DNA of 64,000 bases from Candidatus Woesearchaeota archaeon (GTDB lineage: Archaea > Nanobdellota > Nanobdellia > Pacearchaeales > GW2011-AR1), in contig CAYPFA010000001.1 of assembly GCA_964410025.1 (NCBI GenBank), positions 223,401 through 287,400 of the forward strand, written 5' to 3'. Position numbers and translations under genes: made by a program. The notes under the pieces are model-generated. The model made no database searches, was not told where the DNA came from, and saw only the letters and a program-made list of their open reading frames with translations. The first letter of the stretch is position 1. Every line of letters starts with the position of its first letter. Shown piece by piece: positions 17,525-26,227 of this stretch.

Positions 17525-18598
17525 CTAAAAATATGCATCTCCTTCATGTGAAGAAACTCTTTTTAATGTTTCAACCTTCTTTTTGCCATTTTGCCCCTGA
17601 CTTTTATATCTTAAAAAAAATTCTCCTTCTTTGTCTAAAACTTCCAACCTTTCCTTTCCATCTAAAGTCAAATCAATTGCATTTGCCCGCTTATCATAAG
17701 TCGCCTCACCAAAAACAATAGGATAAAAACTATTTCTCTCTCTGCCCCTAGGTGTACTTTTTAATATTTTAGACTCATCCAAACAAAAACATTCGCCCTC
17801 AGATGGGACAACCCAATATCCAGCAACATCCGAAATGTATGGTGGAGCTATTGCCTCCTCAGCCATAGCCTTTATAGAAACAGTGCCGGCATCATCAAAT
17901 ATAAAATCGCCAATAAAAGCAATCTTAGTTCCTTCCTCGGACGTAGAAAAATTATACTGAAGAGATTTTCTCAATCCCTCGTAGAAAGTTCTAGAGCCGT
18001 AAGAAGAGCTAAAAGATGATTCACGAGCAAGAGGATCATTCCCGTCTAAAAAATAAACACTCAAACCAGAACACGAGAAATCTTTCTTAAAACGAGTATT
18101 TTTTCTTACAGAAGAAATCAGTTCCTTAGATTTTTCATTATCTTTTAACTCAAGACTTTCCGGCCCAATTCTCTCATTTTTTGAAAAAGAATGATATCTT
18201 AAATTATTCAATGGTTTTGAAGAAACAATATATAATTTTGACTGGGAATAATTTAATCTATTCAAACGCTCTCGATCACTACTTTCAAAAATCATCGCAA
18301 CAGAAAATTCACCCGCACTTTCACGAGAATCCCTGGGAATAGACGCGCCCAAAACAAGCTCACTATCTTCAACTAAAACACTAGTCTTTTGGCCAATATC
18401 TAACTTTAATAAATCACTATTCGAACTCTTAAAAAAATTTTTCTCCAAAGATCCAATTTTTGAAGAAACAGTCGATGATTCCTTATAATCTGAATAACCT
18501 GTTAATTTAGATTTAACATCACCGCAACCACTCAATAAAGAAAGCCCAATTAAACCCGAACCCAAAATAGAAACCAATGATTTCGACATCCCTTTCAT
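17525..18598 (-). CDS. Putative lipoprotein/secreted protein, unknown function
   Basis: Signal peptide with lipobox-like LSLLSGCGD. Ser-rich, no recognised domain. Confidence 0.45.
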   Translation of the reverse strand: MKGMSKSLVSILGSGLIGLSLLSGCGDVKSKLTGYSDYKESSTVSSKIGSLEKNFFKSSNSDLLKLDIGQKTSVLVEDSELVLGASIPRDSRESAGEFSVAMIFESSDRERLNRLNYSQSKLYIVSSKPLNNLRYHSFSKNERIGPESLELKDNEKSKELISSVRKNTRFKKDFSCSGLSVYFLDGNDPLARESSFSSSYGSRTFYEGLRKSLQYNFSTSEEGTKIAFIGDFIFDDAGTVSIKAMAEEAIAPPYISDVAGYWVVPSEGECFCLDESKILKSTPRGRERNSFYPIVFGEATYDKRANAIDLTLDGKERLEVLDKEGEFFLRYKSQGQNGKKKVETLKRVSSHEGDAYF

Positions 18599-18687
18599 TA
18601 AAAAAATTATGATTTCCTTATTTATAAATATTATTATATTAAAGTCAATATCAGAAACTTTAAATATCTTCTAAAACTCAAACAACC

Positions 18688-20016
18688 ATGATAGACATTA
18701 AAATACTTAGAGAAAATCCAGAACTAATAAAACGGAATACAAAGGAAAGAGGCTACGAGGTTTCTATCGTAGAAGAACTAACTTCGCTAGATATGGACTG
18801 GAGAAAATACAAGAAAGATGATGACGACTTGAGATGTGAAAAAAATAAAGTTTCCGAAGGGATCAATCAGGCCAAAAAAGCAAAGGATGAAAAAAAAGCT
18901 TCTGAATTCATCATAAGAGGAAAACAAATTTCTGAAAAATTAAAAGAAAATGAAGAAACAGAAAACAAACTTAAAGAAAAAATTGATGACCTAATTTCTA
19001 AAATACCAAATATTCAAAGCGAAGATTCTCCAAGAGGCGATGCTTCTCATAATAAAGAAGTTTCAAAATGGGGTAAAATTCAAACTTTAAAAAATCCAAA
19101 AGGACATCTAGAATTACTAGAAAATTTTGGTTTAATCGATATGAAGCGTGCAACAAAAATTTCAGGAGCTGGATTTTATATCTTAACTGGAAAAGCTGCA
19201 AAACTCCAAAGAGCACTTGTTCAATTCATGTTAAACTTCCATGAAGGAAACGGATTCACAGAAATAAATCCACCTCAAATGGTCAATCGAAAAGCAGCTT
19301 TTGGAACTGGAAATTTACCAAAATTCGACGACCAATTGTACAAAACAAATGACGAATTAATTTTGGTTCCAACAGCAGAAGTTCCCGTAACAAATATTTA
19401 TGCAGACGAAACACTAAACGAAAAAGACTTACCAAAAAAATTCTGCGCATTCACACAATGCTATAGAACAGAAGCTGGAAGAAAAGCTGGCGAAGAAGGT
19501 TTATTCAGATTACACGAATTTGAAAAAGTTGAAATGGTTTACATTTGTAACCAAGAAGATTCTTGGAAATTCCACGAAGAAATGACCGAATATGCAGAAG
19601 AAATTTTAAAACAATTAGAACTTCCATTTAGAAGATTGTTATTATCAACTGAAGATGCAGGATTCTCGTCAGCAAAAACCTACGATTTAGAAGTTTGGGC
19701 TCCAGGAATAAATCGATATCTAGAATGTTCATCCTGTTCAAACTGTACGGATTTCCAAGCAAGAAGAATGAATTCAAGATATTTCGCAAAAGACGGAACG
19801 ATAAAAATCTGCCACACATTAAATGGCTCTGGAATTGCACTTCCAAGACTAATGATCTCTCTAATCGAAAACAATCAACAAGAAGACGGTTCAATAAAAA
19901 TCCCAAAAGTTCTTTGGCCCTACACTGGATTTAAAATTATAGAGGCAGAAAAAAAGATAGACACAAAAAAAGAGACATCAATAGAAGAAGAAGACAAGAA
20001 AATCAAGAAAAAATAA
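18688..20016 (+). CDS. serS: Seryl-tRNA synthetase
   Basis: N-terminal coiled-coil arm. Class II motifs: FRLHEFEKVE, TQCYRTEAG, GSGIALPRL. Confidence 0.95.
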   Translation: MIDIKILRENPELIKRNTKERGYEVSIVEELTSLDMDWRKYKKDDDDLRCEKNKVSEGINQAKKAKDEKKASEFIIRGKQISEKLKENEETENKLKEKIDDLISKIPNIQSEDSPRGDASHNKEVSKWGKIQTLKNPKGHLELLENFGLIDMKRATKISGAGFYILTGKAAKLQRALVQFMLNFHEGNGFTEINPPQMVNRKAAFGTGNLPKFDDQLYKTNDELILVPTAEVPVTNIYADETLNEKDLPKKFCAFTQCYRTEAGRKAGEEGLFRLHEFEKVEMVYICNQEDSWKFHEEMTEYAEEILKQLELPFRRLLLSTEDAGFSSAKTYDLEVWAPGINRYLECSSCSNCTDFQARRMNSRYFAKDGTIKICHTLNGSGIALPRLMISLIENNQQEDGSIKIPKVLWPYTGFKIIEAEKKIDTKKETSIEEEDKKIKKK

Positions 20017-20037
20017 AATAGAAAAAGGAGGTAAAAT

Positions 20038-20238
20038 ATGAATCAAAAACAAGTAGGATTTTGGCAAATAGTCTTCGGAATAATTGCTTTGCTTTATGCA
20101 TTCGTTTCAATAATTTCAATTGAAAGCAATACACTTAGATTTGATCTAGTTGAATCAAATCTAATCTGGTTATATTTCGGACTATTCGCATTAATCACGG
20201 GTTGGTACGACTTAAAATCAAGTCAAAAGAAAAAGTAA
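20038..20238 (+). CDS. Small two-TM membrane protein
   Basis: 66 aa with two hydrophobic helices. A strong SD aaggaggt lies upstream. Confidence 0.4.
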   Translation: MNQKQVGFWQIVFGIIALLYAFVSIISIESNTLRFDLVESNLIWLYFGLFALITGWYDLKSSQKKK

Positions 20239-20760
20239 TTATTTCGTAAAATCTTTCCATATCTGACTAGTTTCCGGACCGACAGAATTTTTATATTTCC
20301 CCTTATATAACGTGATTTTTCCCAGAGGCTTCCAAAATAACATTTGCCCAACCTTCATTCCGGGATAAACTTTTAATCTGTGTATGCTATGTAATTCCAA
20401 AGTCCACTGATTCTTAAAACCAATATCTCCGAGGCCAGAATTAAGATAAATATACAGTCCCAAACGACCAACCGAACTTCTTGCCTGCATAATCGGCGCA
20501 AAAAAATCCGAACCCATTTCCTCAATAGTATGTCCTAAATAAAGTTGATTTGGCTCCAAAACAAAACCATCCTCTGGAATAACAATCTCTTCAAATTCAT
20601 TTTCCTTAGCAGAATCTAAACAATTATTTTTATAAATTTTTAATTTATTTCCTAATCTAAAATTATAACTATTTGGATTAATATTTTCTTCCATAAACGG
20701 GAAAATATGTATTTTACCCAAACCAACCTGCCGCCTAATCTCATTTCCAGTAAGAATCAT
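20239..20760 (-). CDS. dcd: dCTP deaminase-fold protein (Dcd/dUTPase superfamily)
   Basis: MILTGNEIRR...NPNSYNFRLG, ARSSVGRLGLYI, GFKNQWTLELHS and VGQMLF match Dcd motifs. It is the last gene of the overlapping five-gene operon. Confidence 0.75.
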   Translation of the reverse strand: MILTGNEIRRQVGLGKIHIFPFMEENINPNSYNFRLGNKLKIYKNNCLDSAKENEFEEIVIPEDGFVLEPNQLYLGHTIEEMGSDFFAPIMQARSSVGRLGLYIYLNSGLGDIGFKNQWTLELHSIHRLKVYPGMKVGQMLFWKPLGKITLYKGKYKNSVGPETSQIWKDFTK

Positions 20761-21464
20761 ATTTCGTCCCTCCAGCCTCTTCTAACAACTCCGTCGGCAT
20801 GCAAAGTCATTTCCGGAAATTCAAACTCCACATCAAGATTTTTATTTTTATAACAAGGATTTCTGCCAAAAAAAACACAATCTTTAACGCCGAGATTTTT
20901 AAAAAAATCTACAATTGATACATATTGAGAATTTTGATTACCATAATCTAAATTAAACATTTCCCTAACCACAACTTTTTTTGCACCGATCAAATTAGCC
21001 CAGTCAATATATGACTCAAAATTATTGCAATGAAAAATGCCTTTTCCATACAACATTAAAGAAAGTTTTATCGGCACTCTTTTTACCAGCTCACCAATAT
21101 CATAAGAAATTCCCATTATTCTTTCATTTTCTGAATCAATATGATGGGCACGTGAGACAGATAAAGTATTTAGCAACTCCAAATTTTTTACAGAAGAAGC
21201 CAGCGCCCCATTCGTATACATTTGAGTCGGAGCTCTATCACAACAAATTTTTATTATACTCTCAATCTGTGGATGCAAAGTTGGCTCTCCGCCACCGGTA
21301 ATTTCAATTCTACTAACATCATAACTCGCCAAAGATTTTTCCAAATTATCAACACTAAGAAAACCTTCTTTACAAAGAATTCCAGTCCTATCTCTAACTT
21401 TTGTTATACAAAAACCGCAATCAGCATTACAAAACTTTTCAACCGGAAGAACATACAATTTCAT
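20757..21464 (-). CDS. Small radical SAM enzyme (235 aa) with viperin/MoaA-like core
   Basis: CNADCGFC (CxxxCxxC) at residues 12-19, ITGGGEPTLHP, YTNG, LSVSRAHHIDSENERIMG. There is no SPASM or other C-terminal cluster domain. Confidence 0.8.
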   Translation of the reverse strand: MKLYVLPVEKFCNADCGFCITKVRDRTGILCKEGFLSVDNLEKSLASYDVSRIEITGGGEPTLHPQIESIIKICCDRAPTQMYTNGALASSVKNLELLNTLSVSRAHHIDSENERIMGISYDIGELVKRVPIKLSLMLYGKGIFHCNNFESYIDWANLIGAKKVVVREMFNLDYGNQNSQYVSIVDFFKNLGVKDCVFFGRNPCYKNKNLDVEFEFPEMTLHADGVVRRGWRDEI

Positions 21465-21945
21465 TTCTCACCTCCATTATTATTTTATCCAACTCTTCAT
21501 AGTCCTTAGATTGATAATGAATATTACAAATTCCACCCAATTCAGCCAAAAATAATTCACGTGAATATTCCAACTCTTCTAATTTTATTTGCTGAGGATA
21601 ATTCCTACCAAGATATCTTTGCTTAAGAACATCGGCTGATGGACAGACAAGAACAATAAGTGATTTTTGCGAAGAAAGTTTATCTAATATCTCTTTTTCA
21701 TCGAAACTAAAAGGACTACCCCCTCTCCACATTTTAGAATAAACCTCTTCTGAAAAATGACTTCTATCTATTACAGTATTTTCCAAAAACGCGTACTCCT
21801 TCAAGTATCTTTGAAATTGATTTCCAGGCCTATGATGAAGCGACTTAGCGTCCCACTTGAGAGTATTCTTAAGACGCTCCACTAAAGTTGATTTTCCAGA
21901 ACAATCAGGACCATCAACGATTATAGTGCTTATTCTTTTTTCCAT
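21439..21945 (-). CDS. P-loop nucleoside/nucleotide kinase-like protein (Tmk/dNK-like)
   Basis: Walker A VDGPDCSGKST at residues 10-20. Small size (168 aa), with DRS and LVCP segments arranged as in (d)NMP kinases. Confidence 0.55.
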   Translation of the reverse strand: MEKRISTIIVDGPDCSGKSTLVERLKNTLKWDAKSLHHRPGNQFQRYLKEYAFLENTVIDRSHFSEEVYSKMWRGGSPFSFDEKEILDKLSSQKSLIVLVCPSADVLKQRYLGRNYPQQIKLEELEYSRELFLAELGGICNIHYQSKDYEELDKIIMEVRNEIVCSSG

Positions 21946-22636
21946 CTTTTACAATCTGAAGATAACTTCTTCTTTCTCTTGGGAATTTATTTAACTCCAA
22001 ATACTTCAAAACATTTGTAATAACTTCCGGCTTATCCTCTACCTCAATAAATCTTTTTCCGTCTTCCAATACATCTAAAGAAATAGTTGCATGGCCATCC
22101 CAACCATCACCAAAAAGATAATTTGCCCTTCTCTTTGTATACTCTATATCTCTTTTCATTCCCATTCGTGAAAATAACAACTGTAATTTTTCAAAATCGT
22201 CAATCCCATAATCAAATTCAATTTCTTCTCTTGAATTAAATTCTTCAGATTTCTCTCTCTTGCCCTTGTAAGTTACCTTCACGTCTTCTCCAAATTTTCT
22301 CAATCTCAAAAAACCACTAGGAACCTTGTAAAATATATTTTTTTCTTCACAAAATTCCGGCTCACTATTCTCCCAAAGTTTTTTTACAACTCCATCAAAA
22401 ACTTTCAAACTTACAGGAATTTTCACCTCAACTTCAAGATTCTTTTTTTGAACTACTTTTTCAAGAGTCCATATTCCTCTTTCTTCCAAGTCTCTTTTTT
22501 CCAATTTCTTTGCATGTTCTCCATAACAGTCTAAATCCAAACCAGATCTATCATAAACAGGGTTCTCTCCATATCTACCACACAAAGCCAAATACGATTC
22601 CATGTCGTCATGTATTGCTTTCAAGATGTCGCTCAT
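21914..22636 (-). CDS. CYTH-domain (triphosphate tunnel metalloenzyme) protein with ~65-aa N-terminal extension
   Basis: ExExK (LEVEVKIPV), FLRLRK, VTYKGKRE, REEIEFDY, YTKRRANYLF, ISLDVLEDGKRFIEVE, the canonical CYTH strand series. Confidence 0.65.
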   Translation of the reverse strand: MSDILKAIHDDMESYLALCGRYGENPVYDRSGLDLDCYGEHAKKLEKRDLEERGIWTLEKVVQKKNLEVEVKIPVSLKVFDGVVKKLWENSEPEFCEEKNIFYKVPSGFLRLRKFGEDVKVTYKGKREKSEEFNSREEIEFDYGIDDFEKLQLLFSRMGMKRDIEYTKRRANYLFGDGWDGHATISLDVLEDGKRFIEVEDKPEVITNVLKYLELNKFPRERRSYLQIVKDGKKNKHYNR

Positions 22637-23175
22637 TTTAACCTCTCCACAAGTTCAACTACATAATCAGCTCTTTGCTCAGGAGTACCGACTATGGGAA
22701 CTCTAATTGGAAAATACCCATAATCTACGTATGCCTTTTGGATATGATCATGTATCCTCTCTGCCTCAGCATCATTAGATTCTAGCCTAAGTCCATCTTG
22801 AACAAGCGGTAATCTATCTAGTAAAAGAATAACATTATATCGGCCTTTCATCTGATGACAATCAAACACTTTAGGAATTCGATTTAAAGCATGTCTGGAA
22901 TAAGCAATTCCATCCACAACACTCCGATCGAGATATGCCAACTTGTCGGATGAACCTTCAAGAACGTCATCAAGATCTGATTCATTTGCCGATTGCCTTT
23001 CCAAAACTCTTGTCTGAAAATTTTCATAATCAGTTGCAGCCGCAGGTTCTTTTTCAAGAATTTCCCTAGCTGCCTCCCCGCAAATATTATGACCCTTTTT
23101 TCTAAGCTCATTAAGTAAAGTTGTCTTCCCACAGCAAGGTCCTCCTGTTAAAACAATCTTGATTTTGTCTTTCAT
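22633..23175 (-). CDS. AAA_28/COG3911-like P-loop ATPase (NadR-kinase-like)
   Basis: KIVLTGGPCCGKTTLLNELRKKGHNICGEAAREIL. 180 aa. First gene of the operon. Confidence 0.55.
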   Translation of the reverse strand: MKDKIKIVLTGGPCCGKTTLLNELRKKGHNICGEAAREILEKEPAAATDYENFQTRVLERQSANESDLDDVLEGSSDKLAYLDRSVVDGIAYSRHALNRIPKVFDCHQMKGRYNVILLLDRLPLVQDGLRLESNDAEAERIHDHIQKAYVDYGYFPIRVPIVGTPEQRADYVVELVERLK

Positions 23176-23279
23176 ATCTATACATAGACTTGTATTGTTA
23201 TTACATTTTTCTGCTCATAAATTATACACAGTGTTGTATAAAAGAAAAAGCTTAAATATATGATAAAATAGGAAATAGC

Positions 23280-24116
23280 ATGTTAGACAAAGAAATCGTC
23301 ACAAAAATTGAATCGTTTGTATATTCAAAACCTCGTTCAGTTCAAGAAATAGCAGAGTATATTGGCAAAAACTGGAGAACGGCAGACAGGTATATAGACG
23401 AAATAGAAAAAAATTTTGGCACACTATCTACCAGAGTTTTTAGAGAAGGCACAAGAGGCGCCCTAAAAATTGTTTATTTTGCAAGCATAGAAAAAGCATC
23501 AGGAACAATATTCCAAGAAAACCTAGAAAAAGAAATTCTCACACTAAAAAGAAAAGAAGACTTTTCCGCATTTGATATTTTTCAACTAGTTCCAGAAAAA
23601 AACAAAAAAGCAGAAAAAGAAAAAGCTATCGATGAAAATCACACTAATTTAAATAGTTTAAAAGAAATTCTAGAAAGCGCAGAAAAACAAGTATTGTTCT
23701 TTTCTGGAAATTTATCTTTCATCAATTTAAAAAATAAAAACTTCAGCATGCTAAACACAATTGAAAATTTAATCAAAGAAAAAATCCAAATAAAAATAAT
23801 TGCAAGAGTTGATTTTACAGCGAAAGAAAGTCTAGAAAAACTTTTAGCATTAAATTTTAAATACGGAAAAGAAGCAATTGAAATCCACCACAAAGATCAA
23901 CCAGTAAGAGCAATGATAATAGACAATAAAATAATACGACTCAAAGAACAGAAAGAACCAACCGGAAAAATAAACGAACTAGATGATAAAATGTACATCT
24001 TCTATACAATAAAAGACAAAGAATGGGCTGAATGGCTTTCTAAAATATTTTGGAAAATATTTTCTTTCTCAATAGATTCTAAAAAAAGACTAGAGGAATT
24101 AAACAAAATAAAATGA
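23280..24116 (+). CDS. wHTH transcriptional regulator, possibly TrmB-like
   Basis: N-terminal SKPRSVQEIAEYIGKNWRTADRYIDEIE is a wHTH. The C-terminal domain is of uncertain family. Divergent from the five-gene operon. Confidence 0.4.
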   Translation: MLDKEIVTKIESFVYSKPRSVQEIAEYIGKNWRTADRYIDEIEKNFGTLSTRVFREGTRGALKIVYFASIEKASGTIFQENLEKEILTLKRKEDFSAFDIFQLVPEKNKKAEKEKAIDENHTNLNSLKEILESAEKQVLFFSGNLSFINLKNKNFSMLNTIENLIKEKIQIKIIARVDFTAKESLEKLLALNFKYGKEAIEIHHKDQPVRAMIIDNKIIRLKEQKEPTGKINELDDKMYIFYTIKDKEWAEWLSKIFWKIFSFSIDSKKRLEELNKIK

Positions 24117-24739
24117 ATTCTCAACTAGCCATAAAACAACTCAACAACCTAAAGAAACTAGTCGAAAAACACTCTGAAAAACCAAGACTTGCAGCCGAAG
24201 ACTGGAGGGAAGATTGGCAAACTTTAATTGCAATAATTCTTTCGGCTCAAACACGAGACACAAAAACAATTGAAGTTTGCAAAAAACTATTTGCAAAATA
24301 TAATACTCCCAAAAAATTAGGAAATGCTTCTTTCGCAGAAATAAAAAATGCTATCCACGAAGTAAACTACCATAAAACAAAGGCAAAACACATTATAGAA
24401 ACAGCAAAGATAATTTCTAAGAAAGGAATTCCCATAACATTCGAAGGTTTACTAGAACTTCCAGGAGTCGGAAGAAAAACAGCAAACGTATTCTTAGTCG
24501 AAGCAAAAAACGCTCCGGCAATTGGAGTAGATACACATGTAGCTCGTTTATCTATTAAAATGAGCTGGACAACTAAGAAATTCGAGGACAAATTGGGAAT
24601 TGAAAAAGATTTAGAAAAATTATTCCCAAAAAAATATTGGAATTCAATAAATTATATTTTAGTTTCATTCGGACAAATATTCGGAAGAAGTCGAACGCAA
24701 GAAGATAAACTTTTAAAGCAAGTTAGAACTATTAAATAA
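24113..24739 (+). CDS. nth: Endonuclease III-like HhH-GPD DNA glycosylase
   Basis: ILSAQTRD, LPGVGRKTANVFL and GVDTHV motifs. The C-terminal four-Cys FeS loop is not evident. Confidence 0.75.
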   Translation: MNSQLAIKQLNNLKKLVEKHSEKPRLAAEDWREDWQTLIAIILSAQTRDTKTIEVCKKLFAKYNTPKKLGNASFAEIKNAIHEVNYHKTKAKHIIETAKIISKKGIPITFEGLLELPGVGRKTANVFLVEAKNAPAIGVDTHVARLSIKMSWTTKKFEDKLGIEKDLEKLFPKKYWNSINYILVSFGQIFGRSRTQEDKLLKQVRTIK

Positions 24740-24749
24740 ACAGTAACAA

Positions 24750-24780
24750 AGCCCTTTGGTCTAAAACACTGAAGTGAGCC
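24750..24780 (+). pseudogene. Degenerate partial copy of the tRNA-Gln 5' half
   Basis: agccctttggtcta...ctgaag..gcc parallels tRNA agccctttagtcta...ctgaagcc. It ends 20 nt upstream of the intact tRNA. Confidence 0.5.
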
Positions 24781-24800
24781 TAAAGAAATAATAAAAATAC

Positions 24801-24873
24801 AGCCCTTTAGTCTAGTGGTCAAGGATACTGGCCTCTGAAGCCGGTGACCCAGGTTCGAATCCTGGAGGGGCTA
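24801..24873 (+). tRNA. tRNA-Gln (anticodon CUG)
   Basis: Acceptor AGCCCTT/AGGGGCT, with the A1-U72 pair typical of archaeal tRNA-Gln. Anticodon stem CTGGC/GCCGG with loop CTCTGAA. T arm CCAGGttcgaatCCTGG. Confidence 0.85.
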
Positions 24874-24950
24874 TTTTTTGCAGATTGAATAAAATGAAAT
24901 CTGCAATTAAGATTTCTCTACTGTATACTTGTTAAAATATCAATTTTCAT

Positions 24951-25042
24951 TTCGAATCTGAGCAATTCGCTTTTGCATAAAAATTGCATCAGCACAAAAA
25001 TAAAAAATCGCAAATGCAAATTGCGAATATGGAGGGGCTATT
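24951..25042 (+). pseudogene. Second, interrupted copy of the tRNA-Gln 3' portion
   Basis: ttcgaatc (24951-24958) and tggaggggctatt (25030-25042) match tRNA positions 24854-24861 and 24863-24875. They are separated by the 71-nt insert. Confidence 0.7.
24959..25029. mobile_element. Small hairpin-forming insert, copy 2 of the family seen at 16015-16077
   Basis: Same 18-nt left end and 21-nt right end as copy 1, with a different AT-rich centre. Confidence 0.5.
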
Positions 25043-26039
25043 AATATTCCATCTCAATTCTTAATTCCATCAAACAGAATACGAACTTGCTAATCTGCAT
25101 AAAATGTCTTGTAATACTTCTAGCATCTTTATTTGGAGATTCCTTCCAATTAAAATGCTCATTATAAATCTTAAAATCATCTTCGCCAAAATCAATTACT
25201 CCCTTTCTATCAAACTTATAAAATAAATGATAATAATTATCAAAATGCTTTTTTACAGTTTCTGCAAACTCTAAAACATCATCCACCTTCTTCTTAGAAC
25301 GAGCTAAGTGATTTCCGATATATTTGAACTCATCTCCAAGTAATTCTAATAAAAACAAAGTTGAAAACATTACTGGCTTATTTTTATGAAAAGAAGAATC
25401 ATTTATTTTATTATTAATTCTACAACAATAATCAATAAATCTATCAACATTAATGTCCATCGTGTGTAAGTTTTTACACAAAGAAATATCTCCTACTTGA
25501 TTTGTTTTTATAGCATCAATAACCTTATCAAATAATTCCTGAATCAAAAGAAAAATTCTTCTAAGGGAGTTATCAAATTCCTTCGCGCTCGGCTCGCCCA
25601 TTTCTCTAATAATACAACCATCTTTAGAATTATCAATAACTTCTACGCCCACAAATCTATCCACCAGCTCCTGAATTGTCTCTAGGGGCGTTTTCTTAGC
25701 CGGTTTCTCTCCTAGTCTTCTATATTCAAACTGCGAAGAATAATAATTATAGGCTCCCTCGAAATCTTTCTTAGAAGAATCATAAACAATTTTTATCTCA
25801 TCATAACCTTCCCTATATGCTGACTGAAAAAATCTCCAAAGCATAGGAATTCTCAAACCTGTAATATCAATTGTAGTACTTTTAAAACCCGTATGCTGCT
25901 TTCCATTTACCACCAAACTGCCATCACTTTCTACAACATCTACTTCGTCCCCGGCTTGAAGATTAAGTTTCTTAGTCCACTCACTAGGCAAAGTTAAAGT
26001 CATTGTATTATGGCCCTGTTTAATGATTCGCCTTTTCAT
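25041..26039 (-). CDS. AbrB/SpoVT-domain + PhoU-like regulator
   Basis: N-terminal RRIIKQGHNTMTLTLPSEWTKKLNLQAGDEVDV is a swapped-hairpin AbrB fold. The helical C-terminal two thirds resemble archaeal PhoU-domain proteins. Confidence 0.6.
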   Translation of the reverse strand: MKRRIIKQGHNTMTLTLPSEWTKKLNLQAGDEVDVVESDGSLVVNGKQHTGFKSTTIDITGLRIPMLWRFFQSAYREGYDEIKIVYDSSKKDFEGAYNYYSSQFEYRRLGEKPAKKTPLETIQELVDRFVGVEVIDNSKDGCIIREMGEPSAKEFDNSLRRIFLLIQELFDKVIDAIKTNQVGDISLCKNLHTMDINVDRFIDYCCRINNKINDSSFHKNKPVMFSTLFLLELLGDEFKYIGNHLARSKKKVDDVLEFAETVKKHFDNYYHLFYKFDRKGVIDFGEDDFKIYNEHFNWKESPNKDARSITRHFMQISKFVFCLMELRIEMEY

Positions 26040-26227
26040 ACAAGTATAATATTGGCACTATTTTTAAACCTTATCCACTAGTGTGTATATTGTAAATATA
26101 TGCTATTATATTCAATATTCTTGAATATATGTTTAAATTCTTTTAATAAATATTCTTTATATACTCCCTATTGAAACACTCATTCACAATTGATAACCAT
26201 TAAAAGAAAAAATTTGCAATAAATTAT

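Noticed and set aside
17357-17721. Plus-strand ORFs 17357-17551 and 17533-17721.
   Set aside because: They sit antisense to the wHTH gene start and the lipoprotein gene end, or in the short gap between them. They are low-complexity and were judged spurious.
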